Positions 37,001-44,661 of a stretch of 64,000 nt of DNA are shown here, one piece after another; position 1 is the stretch's first letter; each line of letters begins with the position of its first letter. The notes beneath the pieces were generated by a model. That model ran no database searches. It had not been told where the DNA came from and was given only the letters and a program-made list of their open reading frames with translations. The stretch is from Minisyncoccota bacterium (GTDB lineage: Bacteria > Patescibacteriota > Minisyncoccia > Phycocordibacterales > UBA6065), in the NCBI GenBank assembly GCA_041661645.1, contig JBAZUA010000004.1, positions 69,067 through 133,066 on the forward strand, in the 5' to 3' direction. Made by a program: the position numbers and the translations under genes.

Positions 37001-37219
37001 CTCTCGTCGGGGATGTTTGCACGCAAGCCTCTCCAATTCGATGTCGATGGCTCCGCGGCCCTTCGGGCCCCAGCCCTTCCGGGCACCTATTTCCTGACCT
37101 CCTCGTCATCGCCGCTCTCCCTCGCGGTGCAGGTGGGGGTATCCGCCATTTCAGCCCTTCCCGAAGCCAAGCCCCCGTCGATTTGGCAGAGGGTGTGGGG
37201 CTGGTTTGGCTTTCGTTAG
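31067..37219 (+). CDS. giant secreted surface protein (2050 aa) with Gly-rich beta-helix-like repeats, a six-or-more-bladed repeat domain and the same conserved C-terminal domain
   Basis: GTG start, signal peptide. N-terminal DTCGELAASGTYTL...CFVVD module homologous to the first giant protein. Long GGxGG/NGG-rich repeats. 6-7 repeats of about 38 aa W.SI(A/T)STPSGDVYAVV.GGDIYKQTGGTGSF (34650-35340). C-terminal VNAAVQEFRRATATTLPTLSLPTL... ending WGWFGFR. Confidence 0.9.
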   Translation: MVKSPVKTFCHISIWSLLTIGFFLGSHSIASAAVLLPGTIDTCGELAASGTYTLGSSFAASTTLDANGTCFVVDAYQIGGGTVTIDGNGHTIDGEMIGSGLGVDARAYNIAGDTTSGLVNGGSPSLTALVIQNITFTGFNDGVNASGNADGGTCSVPGGNGGNITISNATTTIITSNGGDETSSCNPVGFGGAITIISSNTSGLQSISGVGGGSGVGGAISISASSTVTGSVSSNSGGYSQSGSAGDISGGPISITTGSVVIGNVSSSALGSDGDGGPISITTGSMVTGDISADGSQGNSGEAGQIDITDSSVSGSLTSNGGSGAVCYSGGTINITDSSLVGGITSNGGGSGGGGCSGGSITISNSPITGGVSVGGGGGASGTTGGPGGNISISGTNLDLSGETISAPGGVINDGGTTGADGTLTLTYTGSLVTTGVTLSAFSAFTINAPSSVTYGPVVFAGGEFPLLPGGTAASAAQCSSLLFAGTYYVQSFTGDCLISVSGITLDGSGTETITGNVTGANGADQVVDGNNNEVSANTPGVGVSVSNLTVTGSVAGGNGGNAVYGASASPGGLVSVVNSTVGTVTSGNGGGSGTYYGGHAGSVTVTGSVTGAVTSGSGGYGNDQISFEGSAGNGGGITITTSTSTSVSSGAGGYSTGASCGLGGSIAVQGGTSITGGVTSGDGGSNSFGGSPGCSNGAISITSNSRIGGAVTASNGSSGFGGDISVTASSTVVGTITSNGSNDNGACYAPGGYGGAVTVLNSVTAGIVSNGGIESSGCGYSGLGGTVYILNSQTGTVTSNGGAGFFSGNGGSVSVTNSQTGTVTSNGGDGIVEVSGDGGSGGTVSIATNSTVTGAVSANGGEGLSGQSNGGTVSITANSIVTGAVSANGASSFLGGNSYDSGGYGGPITITNSQAGSVSSMGGHGLGVAGGRGGTITISVTSLDLSDRTINVSGGTGDAGFGANGSFVINYQSLSTNVSTFLYDIGTLTVNGSAVSDSSATTCTNEVVAGAGCAWNGVFDPVIYYFFDGVTVLQPSAASDGDWNNPNNWYTTGSYLTTSDGADQPGVIPQAVNSVIINSSVTTNSGSSAAVSSVIVNGTSTINIPISTLGVTFNNGGSNTGTIANTGVTIFNGTSTNSGITISSGMVTFNASSSNTGTIFTDATTTFNGDDASSTGSVFDTGIFITQNVGNRSWRSIASTPSGDVYAVVPGGYIYKQTGGTGSFVNVSSALGTKGWSSITSTPSGDVYAVTNGGDIYKQTGGTGSFTAQVAGNRGWYSITSTPSGDVYAVVYPGGDIYKQTGGTGSFAAQGVGNKSWYSIASTPSGDVYAVVNGGDIYKQTGGTGSFVNVSSALGTKGWFSITSTPSGDVYAVVNGGDIYRQIGGTGSFVARGAGNKDWGAITSTPSGNVYVVIYAGGDIYKSIPDGTSTPITRIFSSAVATVRDFTTEAGHNNWIVVAQGVVVDLTNAVYNVATNIFKAFAGGWFIPNPTINGGAHVVPLISVSTSTLAYTGASDTKTIKWKPVIDWDTATTCLYSYDDFVTTSVVTCSASDTTLPRPTAGPHTLSLRGTDANGGMAEASLTYYYDNTSPLGIDSSDATLPLDEVTRPYYYLSSDISFPLTFAVSAELRGSAATTVISTTGGYTTSGAIDAQGYNLVLRNITVGGAITSNGFSSGASGGSISIYNANTASITANGAAGTNGGAGGVVTIATSTTAAVTANGANGTTNGGAGGSVTITNSIGNPLTSTVTASGGSSSSCGDGGDSGDIVLTNSSYGTLTSDAGSAATSGCPGQSHSSGTQHHAPTVTGVHSSQVVSSNSSPVVRSSTGTVNAAVQEFRRATATTLPTLSLPTLVVGRLPTLTSLPTFGGTGIRSFSFAGPIAKFLFEPLPEGLRSTLATSPVLAAYVSSKGIAGAQSLSRLVVTPIAITDPAPIGLYSVSRGGRTLSTSLSSDGLTLFQLVHVSPGAELSVSREGSSLSSGMFARKPLQFDVDGSAALRAPALPGTYFLTSSSSPLSLAVQVGVSAISALPEAKPPSIWQRVWGWFGFR

Positions 37220-37254
37220 TCTGATAGAATATTAGAAACAATTAATCAATCACT

Positions 37255-37632
37255 ATGACAAACATTCAATCGGGAATCTTCGATAAGACGCGCATGGTAT
37301 CAAACCTGCTGATGCTCGTGCTCGTCGCGGGAAACATCTTCTTCAGCATCCAGTACTCGACCAACCTCTCGCAGCAGGCCGCTGCCACGCAGCAGGATTC
37401 GGGCCAGCGCATAAAGATCGCTCGCTTCCTCAAGCTCTTCGTCGGCACGGTCCTTCGCACGGAGGGAACCGTCTCGGCTGACGAGCGCATCCAGCTGGAG
37501 AATGACGTTCGTCAGCTCGGCGAGACGGACATTCGCGACCTCTGGGATTCCTTCGTCGACTCCCCGACCTCCGTCGACTATCAGGCGAGGGCCGTCAAGC
37601 TCTTGGCCGCCCTGACCAACAAGTTGATATAG
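37255..37632 (+). CDS. hypothetical membrane-anchored protein
   Basis: 125 aa with one N-terminal TM (VSNLLMLVLVAGNIFFSI). Confidence 0.45.
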   Translation: MTNIQSGIFDKTRMVSNLLMLVLVAGNIFFSIQYSTNLSQQAAATQQDSGQRIKIARFLKLFVGTVLRTEGTVSADERIQLENDVRQLGETDIRDLWDSFVDSPTSVDYQARAVKLLAALTNKLI

Positions 37633-37671
37633 AAAATAAATTATTCCCCCGATTGAATTGATTGAAGAATA

Positions 37672-37705
37672 AAAAATGTCCCAGACGGGGCATTTTTTAT
37701 TTCGC
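37672..37705 (+). terminator. rho-independent terminator
   Basis: AAAATGTCCC-AGA-CGGGGCATTTTTTATTT, a stem with one mismatch. Confidence 0.5.
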
Positions 37706-37856
37706 TGAAAATAGTTTCGTCGCGGAAAAAATAAAAAAGTGCATAACTTCTTTTGATTCTCGCGCACATCGTTCTACAATGTAAGTGCGCCCTCGTGGTC
37801 GGCGAAGGGAAGCGTCTCGATTTTTATTTATTTGCGGTTCACCCCGCACATCCACA

Positions 37857-37958
37857 ATGGCAAAAACAAAGAAGAAGGTTGTGAAGAAGGTCGCCAAGAA
37901 GGCGGTCAAGAAAGTCTCGAAGAAATCTTCTGCAAAGAAGTCTTCTAAGAAGAGATAG
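37857..37958 (+). CDS. tiny lysine-rich protein (33 aa, MAKTKKKVVKKVAKKAVKKVSKKSSAKKSSKKR)
   Basis: Codon-by-codon translation. Preceded by an A/T-rich region. Composition is histone-H1/Hc1-like. Confidence 0.3.
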   Translation: MAKTKKKVVKKVAKKAVKKVSKKSSAKKSSKKR

Positions 37959-37964
37959 TTCATT

Positions 37965-38639
37965 CTAGCTGGCCACGGCCAGACAGATGACGGCGCGCGC
38001 TCCTGCTTGCAGGAGCGCGCGCTTCGCTTCTCCGAGCGTGGCACCGGTCGTGACGATGTCATCGAGGACGATGACGTTTCTGCCCCCGACTCCTCCATCG
38101 CCGTCGCCTCTCGCGGTGAAGGAATCTTTGAGGCCCTCAAGTCTTTCCGCCCTTGTCCTACCGACCTGGTCACCGGTATGCCTTGTCTTTGTGAGCGCAT
38201 CGAACCCTTTCTCCAGCATGGTACCCCTGTCAGCGAGGATTATCTCCCTTGCCACGAGCTCGCACTGGTTCCAGCCTCTCCCCCTCAGGCTTCTTTTGGT
38301 CATCGCCACCGGAACCAGAAGGGGATTGTTGAATCCCTCCAACACATCAAGCTCGTACAGGCGTTCGGCAAGGCGCTCGTGTACGAGTCTCCCGAGAAGC
38401 CTCTCGATTTTTCGATTGCGAAAGGTCTTGAGCTCGACGAGCGAGGCCCGCACCACGTCCGTGCGGTAGGGAAAGAGGGAGATGATGCCGTCGGATCTTT
38501 TCCCGGGCGACTCGGTCTCTGCCCGCAGGGCGAAGTCACCAAGGCTCATTCCCTCGATTTCCCGTATGAGCGGGTCCGGAGGGGCGATGGTGTCGATCCC
38601 GTAGGCGAGGATTCTGGATATGTGCCTCAGTAGATGCAT
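37965..38639 (-). CDS. comFC: ComF family protein (phosphoribosyltransferase domain, competence)
   Basis: C-terminal PRTase motif RNVIVLDDIVTTGATL. Start set at an internal Met (cat 38637-38639), because the full ORF to 38780 would overlap the divergent pilM start. Confidence 0.75.
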   Translation of the reverse strand: MHLLRHISRILAYGIDTIAPPDPLIREIEGMSLGDFALRAETESPGKRSDGIISLFPYRTDVVRASLVELKTFRNRKIERLLGRLVHERLAERLYELDVLEGFNNPLLVPVAMTKRSLRGRGWNQCELVAREIILADRGTMLEKGFDALTKTRHTGDQVGRTRAERLEGLKDSFTARGDGDGGVGGRNVIVLDDIVTTGATLGEAKRALLQAGARAVICLAVAS

Positions 38640-38667
38640 GAAACACATGATATAATGTTTCAATCGT

Positions 38668-39798
38668 ATGGCCATGTCATTTTTTGAAAATTTCTTTAGC
38701 AAGAAGGGACAGAGCGTTATTGGCCTTGATATTGGGTCCTCTTCCGTCAAGGTCGTGCAGATGCGCAAGAAGAACGGCAAGGCCGTTCTCGAGACCTATG
38801 GCGAGCTCGCCCTTGGGCCGTATGCGGGCGTCGAGATAGGCCGGGCAACGAATCTTCCCAACGAGAAGCTCATCGAGGCAATTCGCGACCTGATAAAGGA
38901 GTCGAATGTCACCACCATGTCCTGCGGCATATCGATTGCCGCCTCGTCGAGCCTTCTCTCGTTCATACGCATGCCCGAGATGGATACCAAGCAGCTGGCG
39001 ACCATGGTTCCCATAGAGGCGCGCAAATACATCCCTGTCCCCATAACCGAAGTCGCGCTCGACTGGTCCGTCGTGCCGAAGGAGGAGAGCTCGTTCTCAG
39101 ATTTCGAGAAGTCTCCCGCCCAGGCAGCGGGACAGCAGGCCTCGCAGTCCAAGGGCGTCGACATCATGCTTGTCGTCATACACAACGACGTGCTGAGCAG
39201 GCTCGGGCAGATATCCGCGGCCCTTGGGTTGAACGCGAGCTTCTATGAGATAGAGATTTTCAGTTCCATGCGATCGGTCGTGGATCAAAACGTCGGCTCC
39301 CAGCTCGTCTTTGACATGGGCGCGCGGTCAACCAAGCTCTATATCATTGAAAGGGGAGTGCTGCGCAGCAATCACAGCGTCAACAGGGGGTCGCAGGAGA
39401 TCACCCTGTCCTTGTCGCAGTCTCTCGGCAAGAGCGTCGGCGATGCCGAGCATATAAAGCGCACGATCGGCCTTTCGTCGGATCTCGACAACAAGAACAT
39501 AAACGAGATCATCACCCTTAACCTTGACTACATATTCACCGAGACCAACCGCGTCATAGCGAACTATCAGCAGAAGTACGGCAAGAGCGTATCCAAGGTC
39601 ATTTTGACCGGGGGAGGGTCTCTTCTCAAGGGCCTCCTCGAGGTCGCCCGTGTCAAATTCCAGACAGAGGTGGTCCTTGGCGATCCGTTCTCGAAAACCG
39701 AGGCGCCAGCGTTTCTCGAGCCCGTCCTACGCAGTGCCGGCCCCGAGTTTGCCGTGGCCATCGGCATAGCCCTCAGGAAACTGCAGGAATCAGAGTAG
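38668..39798 (+). CDS. pilM: type IV pilus assembly protein PilM (actin-like ATPase)
   Basis: VIGLDIGSSSVKVVQ actin-fold phosphate-1 motif and 376 aa length, at the head of the pil operon. Confidence 0.9.
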   Translation: MAMSFFENFFSKKGQSVIGLDIGSSSVKVVQMRKKNGKAVLETYGELALGPYAGVEIGRATNLPNEKLIEAIRDLIKESNVTTMSCGISIAASSSLLSFIRMPEMDTKQLATMVPIEARKYIPVPITEVALDWSVVPKEESSFSDFEKSPAQAAGQQASQSKGVDIMLVVIHNDVLSRLGQISAALGLNASFYEIEIFSSMRSVVDQNVGSQLVFDMGARSTKLYIIERGVLRSNHSVNRGSQEITLSLSQSLGKSVGDAEHIKRTIGLSSDLDNKNINEIITLNLDYIFTETNRVIANYQQKYGKSVSKVILTGGGSLLKGLLEVARVKFQTEVVLGDPFSKTEAPAFLEPVLRSAGPEFAVAIGIALRKLQESE

Positions 39799-39850
39799 CT
39801 GTGGATAGCGCTCGCCGCGGAGCGGTAGTATAATAAACAGACAAAAGAAG

Positions 39851-40483
39851 ATGGATCCTCGATTTCAAACATCATTCATACCGAAGAAGCCGATCGTCGC
39901 CCAGGTGAAGTCTGGATCTTCTTCGCCTATCAATCTCTTCACCCTCATCTCGACCGTACTCTTCTTCGCCATGATTGCCGTATCGGCGGGAGCCTTTCTG
40001 TACAAGGGACTCCTGGTCAAGCAAATAGGGGGCGGAAAGGCCTCCCTCGACAGGGCTCGCGACGCGTTTGACCCTGAACTCATCTCCCAGATAGTCAGGC
40101 TCGATTCCCGCATAAACACCGCAAAGGCGCTCATGGCCTCACACGTCACCGTCAACCCCCTGTTCGATTTCGTATCGTCCATAACCCTTCAGACCGTCAG
40201 GTTCAAGAATTTCAACTTCTCCTATCTGGCCCCTGACAAGATACAGGTAAGCATGACCGGTCAGACCAGGAGCTATGCCTCGGTCGCCCTGCAGTCTGAC
40301 ACCCTCAACGAGCAGAAGAGCCTCAAGAACGTGACCATCGGCGACATGGTCCTCGACGCGTCGGGCTCTATATCCTTTGACGTGACCGCCGTCATCGATC
40401 CTACCGTTCTGTCGTACTCAACGTCGATAGCGCCCGCCGCGGCCGATGACGGGTCCGCTCAGACAAACACCCAAACCCAATGA
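39851..40483 (+). CDS. pilN: PilN-like inner-membrane pilus assembly protein
   Basis: Single TM (LFTLISTVLFFAMIAVSAGAFL) followed by a periplasmic domain; position after pilM. Confidence 0.6.
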   Translation: MDPRFQTSFIPKKPIVAQVKSGSSSPINLFTLISTVLFFAMIAVSAGAFLYKGLLVKQIGGGKASLDRARDAFDPELISQIVRLDSRINTAKALMASHVTVNPLFDFVSSITLQTVRFKNFNFSYLAPDKIQVSMTGQTRSYASVALQSDTLNEQKSLKNVTIGDMVLDASGSISFDVTAVIDPTVLSYSTSIAPAAADDGSAQTNTQTQ

Positions 40484-41013
40484 GCAACATAGTATCCATA
40501 CTCCTCATAGTCGTCTCGTTTGGAACGTTCTTCATGTACGTCGATCCTACCTATACCGAGATAAAGGCCCTTTCCGTCGAGAAGGACAATTACACCCGCG
40601 CGCTCGACAATTCAAAGAAGCTTCAGGAACAGAGGGACATGTTCCTTCAGAAGTTCAACGCCGTGAGCGCCGAGGATAGGGATAATCTCCTTAAGCTGCT
40701 GCCAGACAATATAGACAACGTCCGCTTGATCATAGACATTGCGGAGATGGCCAAGGCACAGAATGTGCCGATCGGTGGCTTCAGGGCGTCTGTCGCGACG
40801 GCGAACGCGAACGTCATCGGGGCGAACAAGAGCGCCTATGGAACGCTGACACTGTCCTTCTCGACATCCGCGACCTACGGGACATTTCTTTCCTTCATGA
40901 AGGACCTCGAGAGGAGCCTCCGCATCCTGGATATCACGAGCATAGGATTTTCCGCGAGCGACAGCGGGGCATATGATTATGACGTGACCCTAAAGACCTA
41001 TTGGCTCAAATAA
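40480..41013 (+). CDS. pilO: PilO-like pilus assembly protein
   Basis: N-terminal TM, coiled-coil, 177 aa; 4-nt overlap with pilN. Confidence 0.6.
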   Translation: MSNIVSILLIVVSFGTFFMYVDPTYTEIKALSVEKDNYTRALDNSKKLQEQRDMFLQKFNAVSAEDRDNLLKLLPDNIDNVRLIIDIAEMAKAQNVPIGGFRASVATANANVIGANKSAYGTLTLSFSTSATYGTFLSFMKDLERSLRILDITSIGFSASDSGAYDYDVTLKTYWLK

Positions 41014-41014
41014 C

Positions 41015-41362
41015 ATGAAAGAACGAGGAAACACAGTTCAAAGCCTTCTCATAGCCATCGGCGCGCTCGCCGTCCTCGGTTTTGTGGGCTATCTCTACAT
41101 CACCCGTGACACGACGGCATCGACAGACCTTCTGGTCGTCCAGGATTCGGGAACCGTGGGCGTTGATAGCGACCTTCTCAAGGCCCTCGGTCAGCTCAAG
41201 GCCATCAGGCTCGACACGACCATATTCAGCGACCCCGTGTTCCGCAGCTTTTTTGACTTCAGCACCCAGCTCGTGGATCAGCCAAAGGGCCGTCCAAACC
41301 CTTTCGCCCCCCTCAATGCTCCCGCCTCGACTCAGTCCTCGACGACCTCGACCTTCCGCTAG
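41015..41362 (+). CDS. small TM protein in pil operon (PilP-like?)
   Basis: 115 aa with N-terminal TM; supported by operon context only. Confidence 0.4.
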   Translation: MKERGNTVQSLLIAIGALAVLGFVGYLYITRDTTASTDLLVVQDSGTVGVDSDLLKALGQLKAIRLDTTIFSDPVFRSFFDFSTQLVDQPKGRPNPFAPLNAPASTQSSTTSTFR

Positions 41363-41384
41363 TAGCTAAGCCTATTTACATTAC

Positions 41385-43100
41385 ATGAGCGTCCTAGACA
41401 TACTCGTCAAAAACGAAAAGATCAGCAGGAAAGACGTGACCTCAGTCTCGGAGGAGGTGCGGTTGACGGGCGAGTCCCTCGAGCAGGTCCTCGGCAAGCA
41501 TGGGGTGAAGGACACCGACATCCTTGATGCGAAAGGGGAGTATCTCAATATCCCCATAAAATCCCTCAAGGGACTGAGCATTCCCTTTGACGTGCTCAAG
41601 TACATTCCCGAGGAGTCGGCGACGCACTACCGCTTTGTCCCGATATCGGTCAAGCAGAACGTCCTCGAGGTGGGGGTCGTCGATCCTGACAATATCGAGG
41701 CCCGCGACGCCCTCAACTTCATTGCGTCGAAGATCAGCATGCCCTTCAAGGTCTTTCTCATATCCGAACAGGACTTCGCGGCCGCCGTCGAGCTCTACAA
41801 GGGCCTTTCGGGCGAGGTGACGCGCGCCCTCGACGAGCTCGAGACTGACATCGCCGACATCGACAGCGACGGCGGTGATAAGCCGACCACCGAGGAGAGC
41901 TCCGGCGGCAAGACCCACATCATCGAGGATGCCCCCGTCACCAAAATCGTGGCGACCATATTGCGCTACGCCGTCGAGGGCAATGCCTCTGACATTCACA
42001 TCGAGCGACTTTCAGACAAGCTGCGCGTGCGCTTCCGAGTGGACGGCGACCTTCACACCTCCCTCATACTGCCGATCAAGGTGCATGACGCTGTGATCGC
42101 TCGCATCAAGATTCTCTCGAACATGAAGCTCGACGAGAAGCGAAAGCCTCAGGACGGACGATTCTCGGCACGCATCGAGGGTCGCAAGATAGACTTCCGA
42201 GTCTCTACCTTCCCCGCATACTACGGCGAGAAGGTGGTGATGCGAATCCTCGACCAGGAGAAGGGCGTCAAATCGCTCGAGGACATCGGCTTCAGCCAGC
42301 GCAATCTCGATGCGATCCGTCGCGCCATGGGCCGACCGTACGGCCTCATCCTCATCTCGGGACCTACCGGTTCCGGAAAGTCCACGACCCTCTACTCAAT
42401 GCTCAAGGAGATGAACGACGAGACCAAGAACGTGCTCTCTCTCGAGGACCCTGTCGAGTACAACATGGAAGGCGTCTCCCAGTCTCAGGTGAGACCCGAG
42501 ATCGGCTACACCTTCGCCTCGGGACTCAGGACCACCCTCCGACAGGACCCTGACATCATCATGGTGGGAGAGATCCGAGACAAGGAGACGGCCCAGCTCG
42601 CCATCCAGGCGGCCCTCACCGGTCACCTCGTGCTCTCGACCATCCACACCAACAACGTCGTCGGCGTCGTGCCGCGACTCATCGACATGGGCGTCGATCC
42701 GTACCTTATCGCCCCGACGCTCATCCTCTCGATGGCCCAGCGACTGGTGTCCCGCATCTGCGAGGGCGGGGAGGAGATACCTGTTGAGGGCTCCATTCAG
42801 ACCATGCTCGACAAGCAGTTCGCGGACCTTCCCGAGCAGTTCCGAAAGGAGATCGTCATACCGAAGACCGTGCTCGAGCCAAAGCCGAGCGGCACCTGCC
42901 CAAACGGAACCCGCGGCCGAATGGCCATCGCTGAGGTTCTCGAGAAGGACAAGGACCTCGAGCGTGCCATCCTCGCCAATGCCGGCGAGCAGGAGATATA
43001 CAAACTCGCAAGGTCAAAGGGAATGCTCACCATGCGCGAGGATGCCATGCTCAAGGCCTTCAAGGGCGAGATCGCCTTCAGCGAGGTGAACAGGCTCTAG
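41385..43100 (+). CDS. pilB: type IV pilus assembly ATPase PilB (GspE family)
   Basis: Walker A GPTGSGKST, Asp box, His box; tetracysteine-like C..C motif absent or variant; 571 aa. Confidence 0.95.
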   Translation: MSVLDILVKNEKISRKDVTSVSEEVRLTGESLEQVLGKHGVKDTDILDAKGEYLNIPIKSLKGLSIPFDVLKYIPEESATHYRFVPISVKQNVLEVGVVDPDNIEARDALNFIASKISMPFKVFLISEQDFAAAVELYKGLSGEVTRALDELETDIADIDSDGGDKPTTEESSGGKTHIIEDAPVTKIVATILRYAVEGNASDIHIERLSDKLRVRFRVDGDLHTSLILPIKVHDAVIARIKILSNMKLDEKRKPQDGRFSARIEGRKIDFRVSTFPAYYGEKVVMRILDQEKGVKSLEDIGFSQRNLDAIRRAMGRPYGLILISGPTGSGKSTTLYSMLKEMNDETKNVLSLEDPVEYNMEGVSQSQVRPEIGYTFASGLRTTLRQDPDIIMVGEIRDKETAQLAIQAALTGHLVLSTIHTNNVVGVVPRLIDMGVDPYLIAPTLILSMAQRLVSRICEGGEEIPVEGSIQTMLDKQFADLPEQFRKEIVIPKTVLEPKPSGTCPNGTRGRMAIAEVLEKDKDLERAILANAGEQEIYKLARSKGMLTMREDAMLKAFKGEIAFSEVNRL

Positions 43101-43142
43101 TCGGCCGTGCTATAATATTCCCATTACACACAGACAGATCAC

Positions 43143-43553
43143 ATGGAAAAGAAAAACATACAAGTATTCATAGTCGACGACGACAAGTTCCTCCTCGGGA
43201 TGTACTCTCTCAAGTTCTCGAATAATGGCTATGAAGTCGACACGACCCTCGGGTCTCTCGTCGCCCTCGAGAAGCTCCGCGCCGGGGCGAAGCCAGACGT
43301 CGTCCTCCTCGACATCGTCATGCCGTACATGGATGGCCTCGAGCTCCTCAAGATCATCCGCGACGAGAAGCTCGCCCCAGGCGCCGTCATCATCATGCTC
43401 ACGAACCAGAGTGCCTCTTCCGACATCGACAGGTCCCGCGAGCTCGGCGTCGACGGATACATCATAAAGGCCGCGACGATTCCGTCAGAGGTGCTGCACG
43501 AGGTCGAGAAGATCCTCGCCGCAAAGAAGCGGGGACCACAGGCGGCGGCATAG
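43143..43553 (+). CDS. stand-alone response-regulator receiver (CheY/PilH-like)
   Basis: VFIVDDDKF...(phospho-acceptor) VLLDIVMPYMDG...; 136 aa with no output domain. Confidence 0.9.
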   Translation: MEKKNIQVFIVDDDKFLLGMYSLKFSNNGYEVDTTLGSLVALEKLRAGAKPDVVLLDIVMPYMDGLELLKIIRDEKLAPGAVIIMLTNQSASSDIDRSRELGVDGYIIKAATIPSEVLHEVEKILAAKKRGPQAAA

Positions 43554-43582
43554 GTTCGGTCTAATTTCCCCTTGAAAACATC

Positions 43583-44650
43583 ATGGCACTTGATTACAAA
43601 AAAGAATTCGAGGAGCTGGTAGAGATTGTGACGAAGGAGTCGGCGTCCGACCTTCACCTCTCGAGCGGGCGATACCCGACCATTCGCGTCGGCGGATTCC
43701 TCATACCCCTCATGAATCGGGCCGTGCTGACAAGGGAGGATGCCCTCGGCTTCATGGTCGCGATACTCTCGGCCGATGACAAGGAGATATTCCTCAGGAC
43801 CAAGGAGATAGACTTTTCATACAATCACAAGGACCAAGTTAGGTTCCGCGGCAACGGCTTCTTCCAGCAGGGAGGCGTGGCCTTCGCCTTCCGCCTCATT
43901 CCGAGGAAGATCAGGACATTCTCGGAGCTCGGCCTCCCGCCGGCGCTCGAGGCGTTCACCGAAAAGAGGCAGGGATTCTTCCTCGTGGTGGGACCGGTCG
44001 GCCACGGCAAGACGACGACCCTGGCCGCAATGGTCGAGCGCATCAACGAGACCCGCGCCGAGCACATCATCACCATCGAGGACCCTATCGAGTACGTGTA
44101 CGAGCAGAAGAAGTCGATCATCGACCAGAGGGAGGTTCGCCTCGACACCAAGGACTTCTCCGCGGCGCTTCAGGGCGTTTTCAGGCAGGACGTGAACGTC
44201 ATACTGATCGGCGAGATGCGCGGCATCGAGACCATCTCGACCGCCGTCACCGCCGCCGAGACGGGACACTTGGTCCTCTCGACGCTCCACACCAACAACG
44301 CCGCCCAGACCATCAACCGAATCATAGACTCGTTCCCGGCAGGCCAACAGGACCAGATACGCATACAGCTCGCCGCCACCCTCACGGGCATATTCTCCCA
44401 ACGCCTCATTCCCCGCATATCCGGCGGACGAGTCCCTGCCTACGAGCTCCTCATATCGAATGCCGCGGTCTCGAACCTCATCCGCGAGAAGCGCGTCCAC
44501 GAGATCAACACGGTCATCGAGACGGGCGTCGAGACGGGCATGATAGACATGAACAGGTCCCTCGCCGACCTTGTGCGAAAAGGGGAGATAACGGCCGAGA
44601 GCGCCTACAGCTTCTCGCCGAATCCGTCCGTGCTGGAGCGCCTCATATAA
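43583..44650 (+). CDS. pilT: twitching motility / pilus retraction ATPase PilT
   Basis: Walker A GPVGHGKTTT, AIRNLIRE-like AVSNLIREKR motif; 355 aa. Confidence 0.95.
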   Translation: MALDYKKEFEELVEIVTKESASDLHLSSGRYPTIRVGGFLIPLMNRAVLTREDALGFMVAILSADDKEIFLRTKEIDFSYNHKDQVRFRGNGFFQQGGVAFAFRLIPRKIRTFSELGLPPALEAFTEKRQGFFLVVGPVGHGKTTTLAAMVERINETRAEHIITIEDPIEYVYEQKKSIIDQREVRLDTKDFSAALQGVFRQDVNVILIGEMRGIETISTAVTAAETGHLVLSTLHTNNAAQTINRIIDSFPAGQQDQIRIQLAATLTGIFSQRLIPRISGGRVPAYELLISNAAVSNLIREKRVHEINTVIETGVETGMIDMNRSLADLVRKGEITAESAYSFSPNPSVLERLI

Positions 44651-44661
44651 TATAGAATCAC

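Noticed and set aside
37965-38780. Full-length 271-aa ComF ORF starting at 38780
   Set aside because: Would overlap the divergent pilM start (38668) by over 100 nt; an internal Met (38639 or 38648) gives a normal-sized PRTase-domain ComF.
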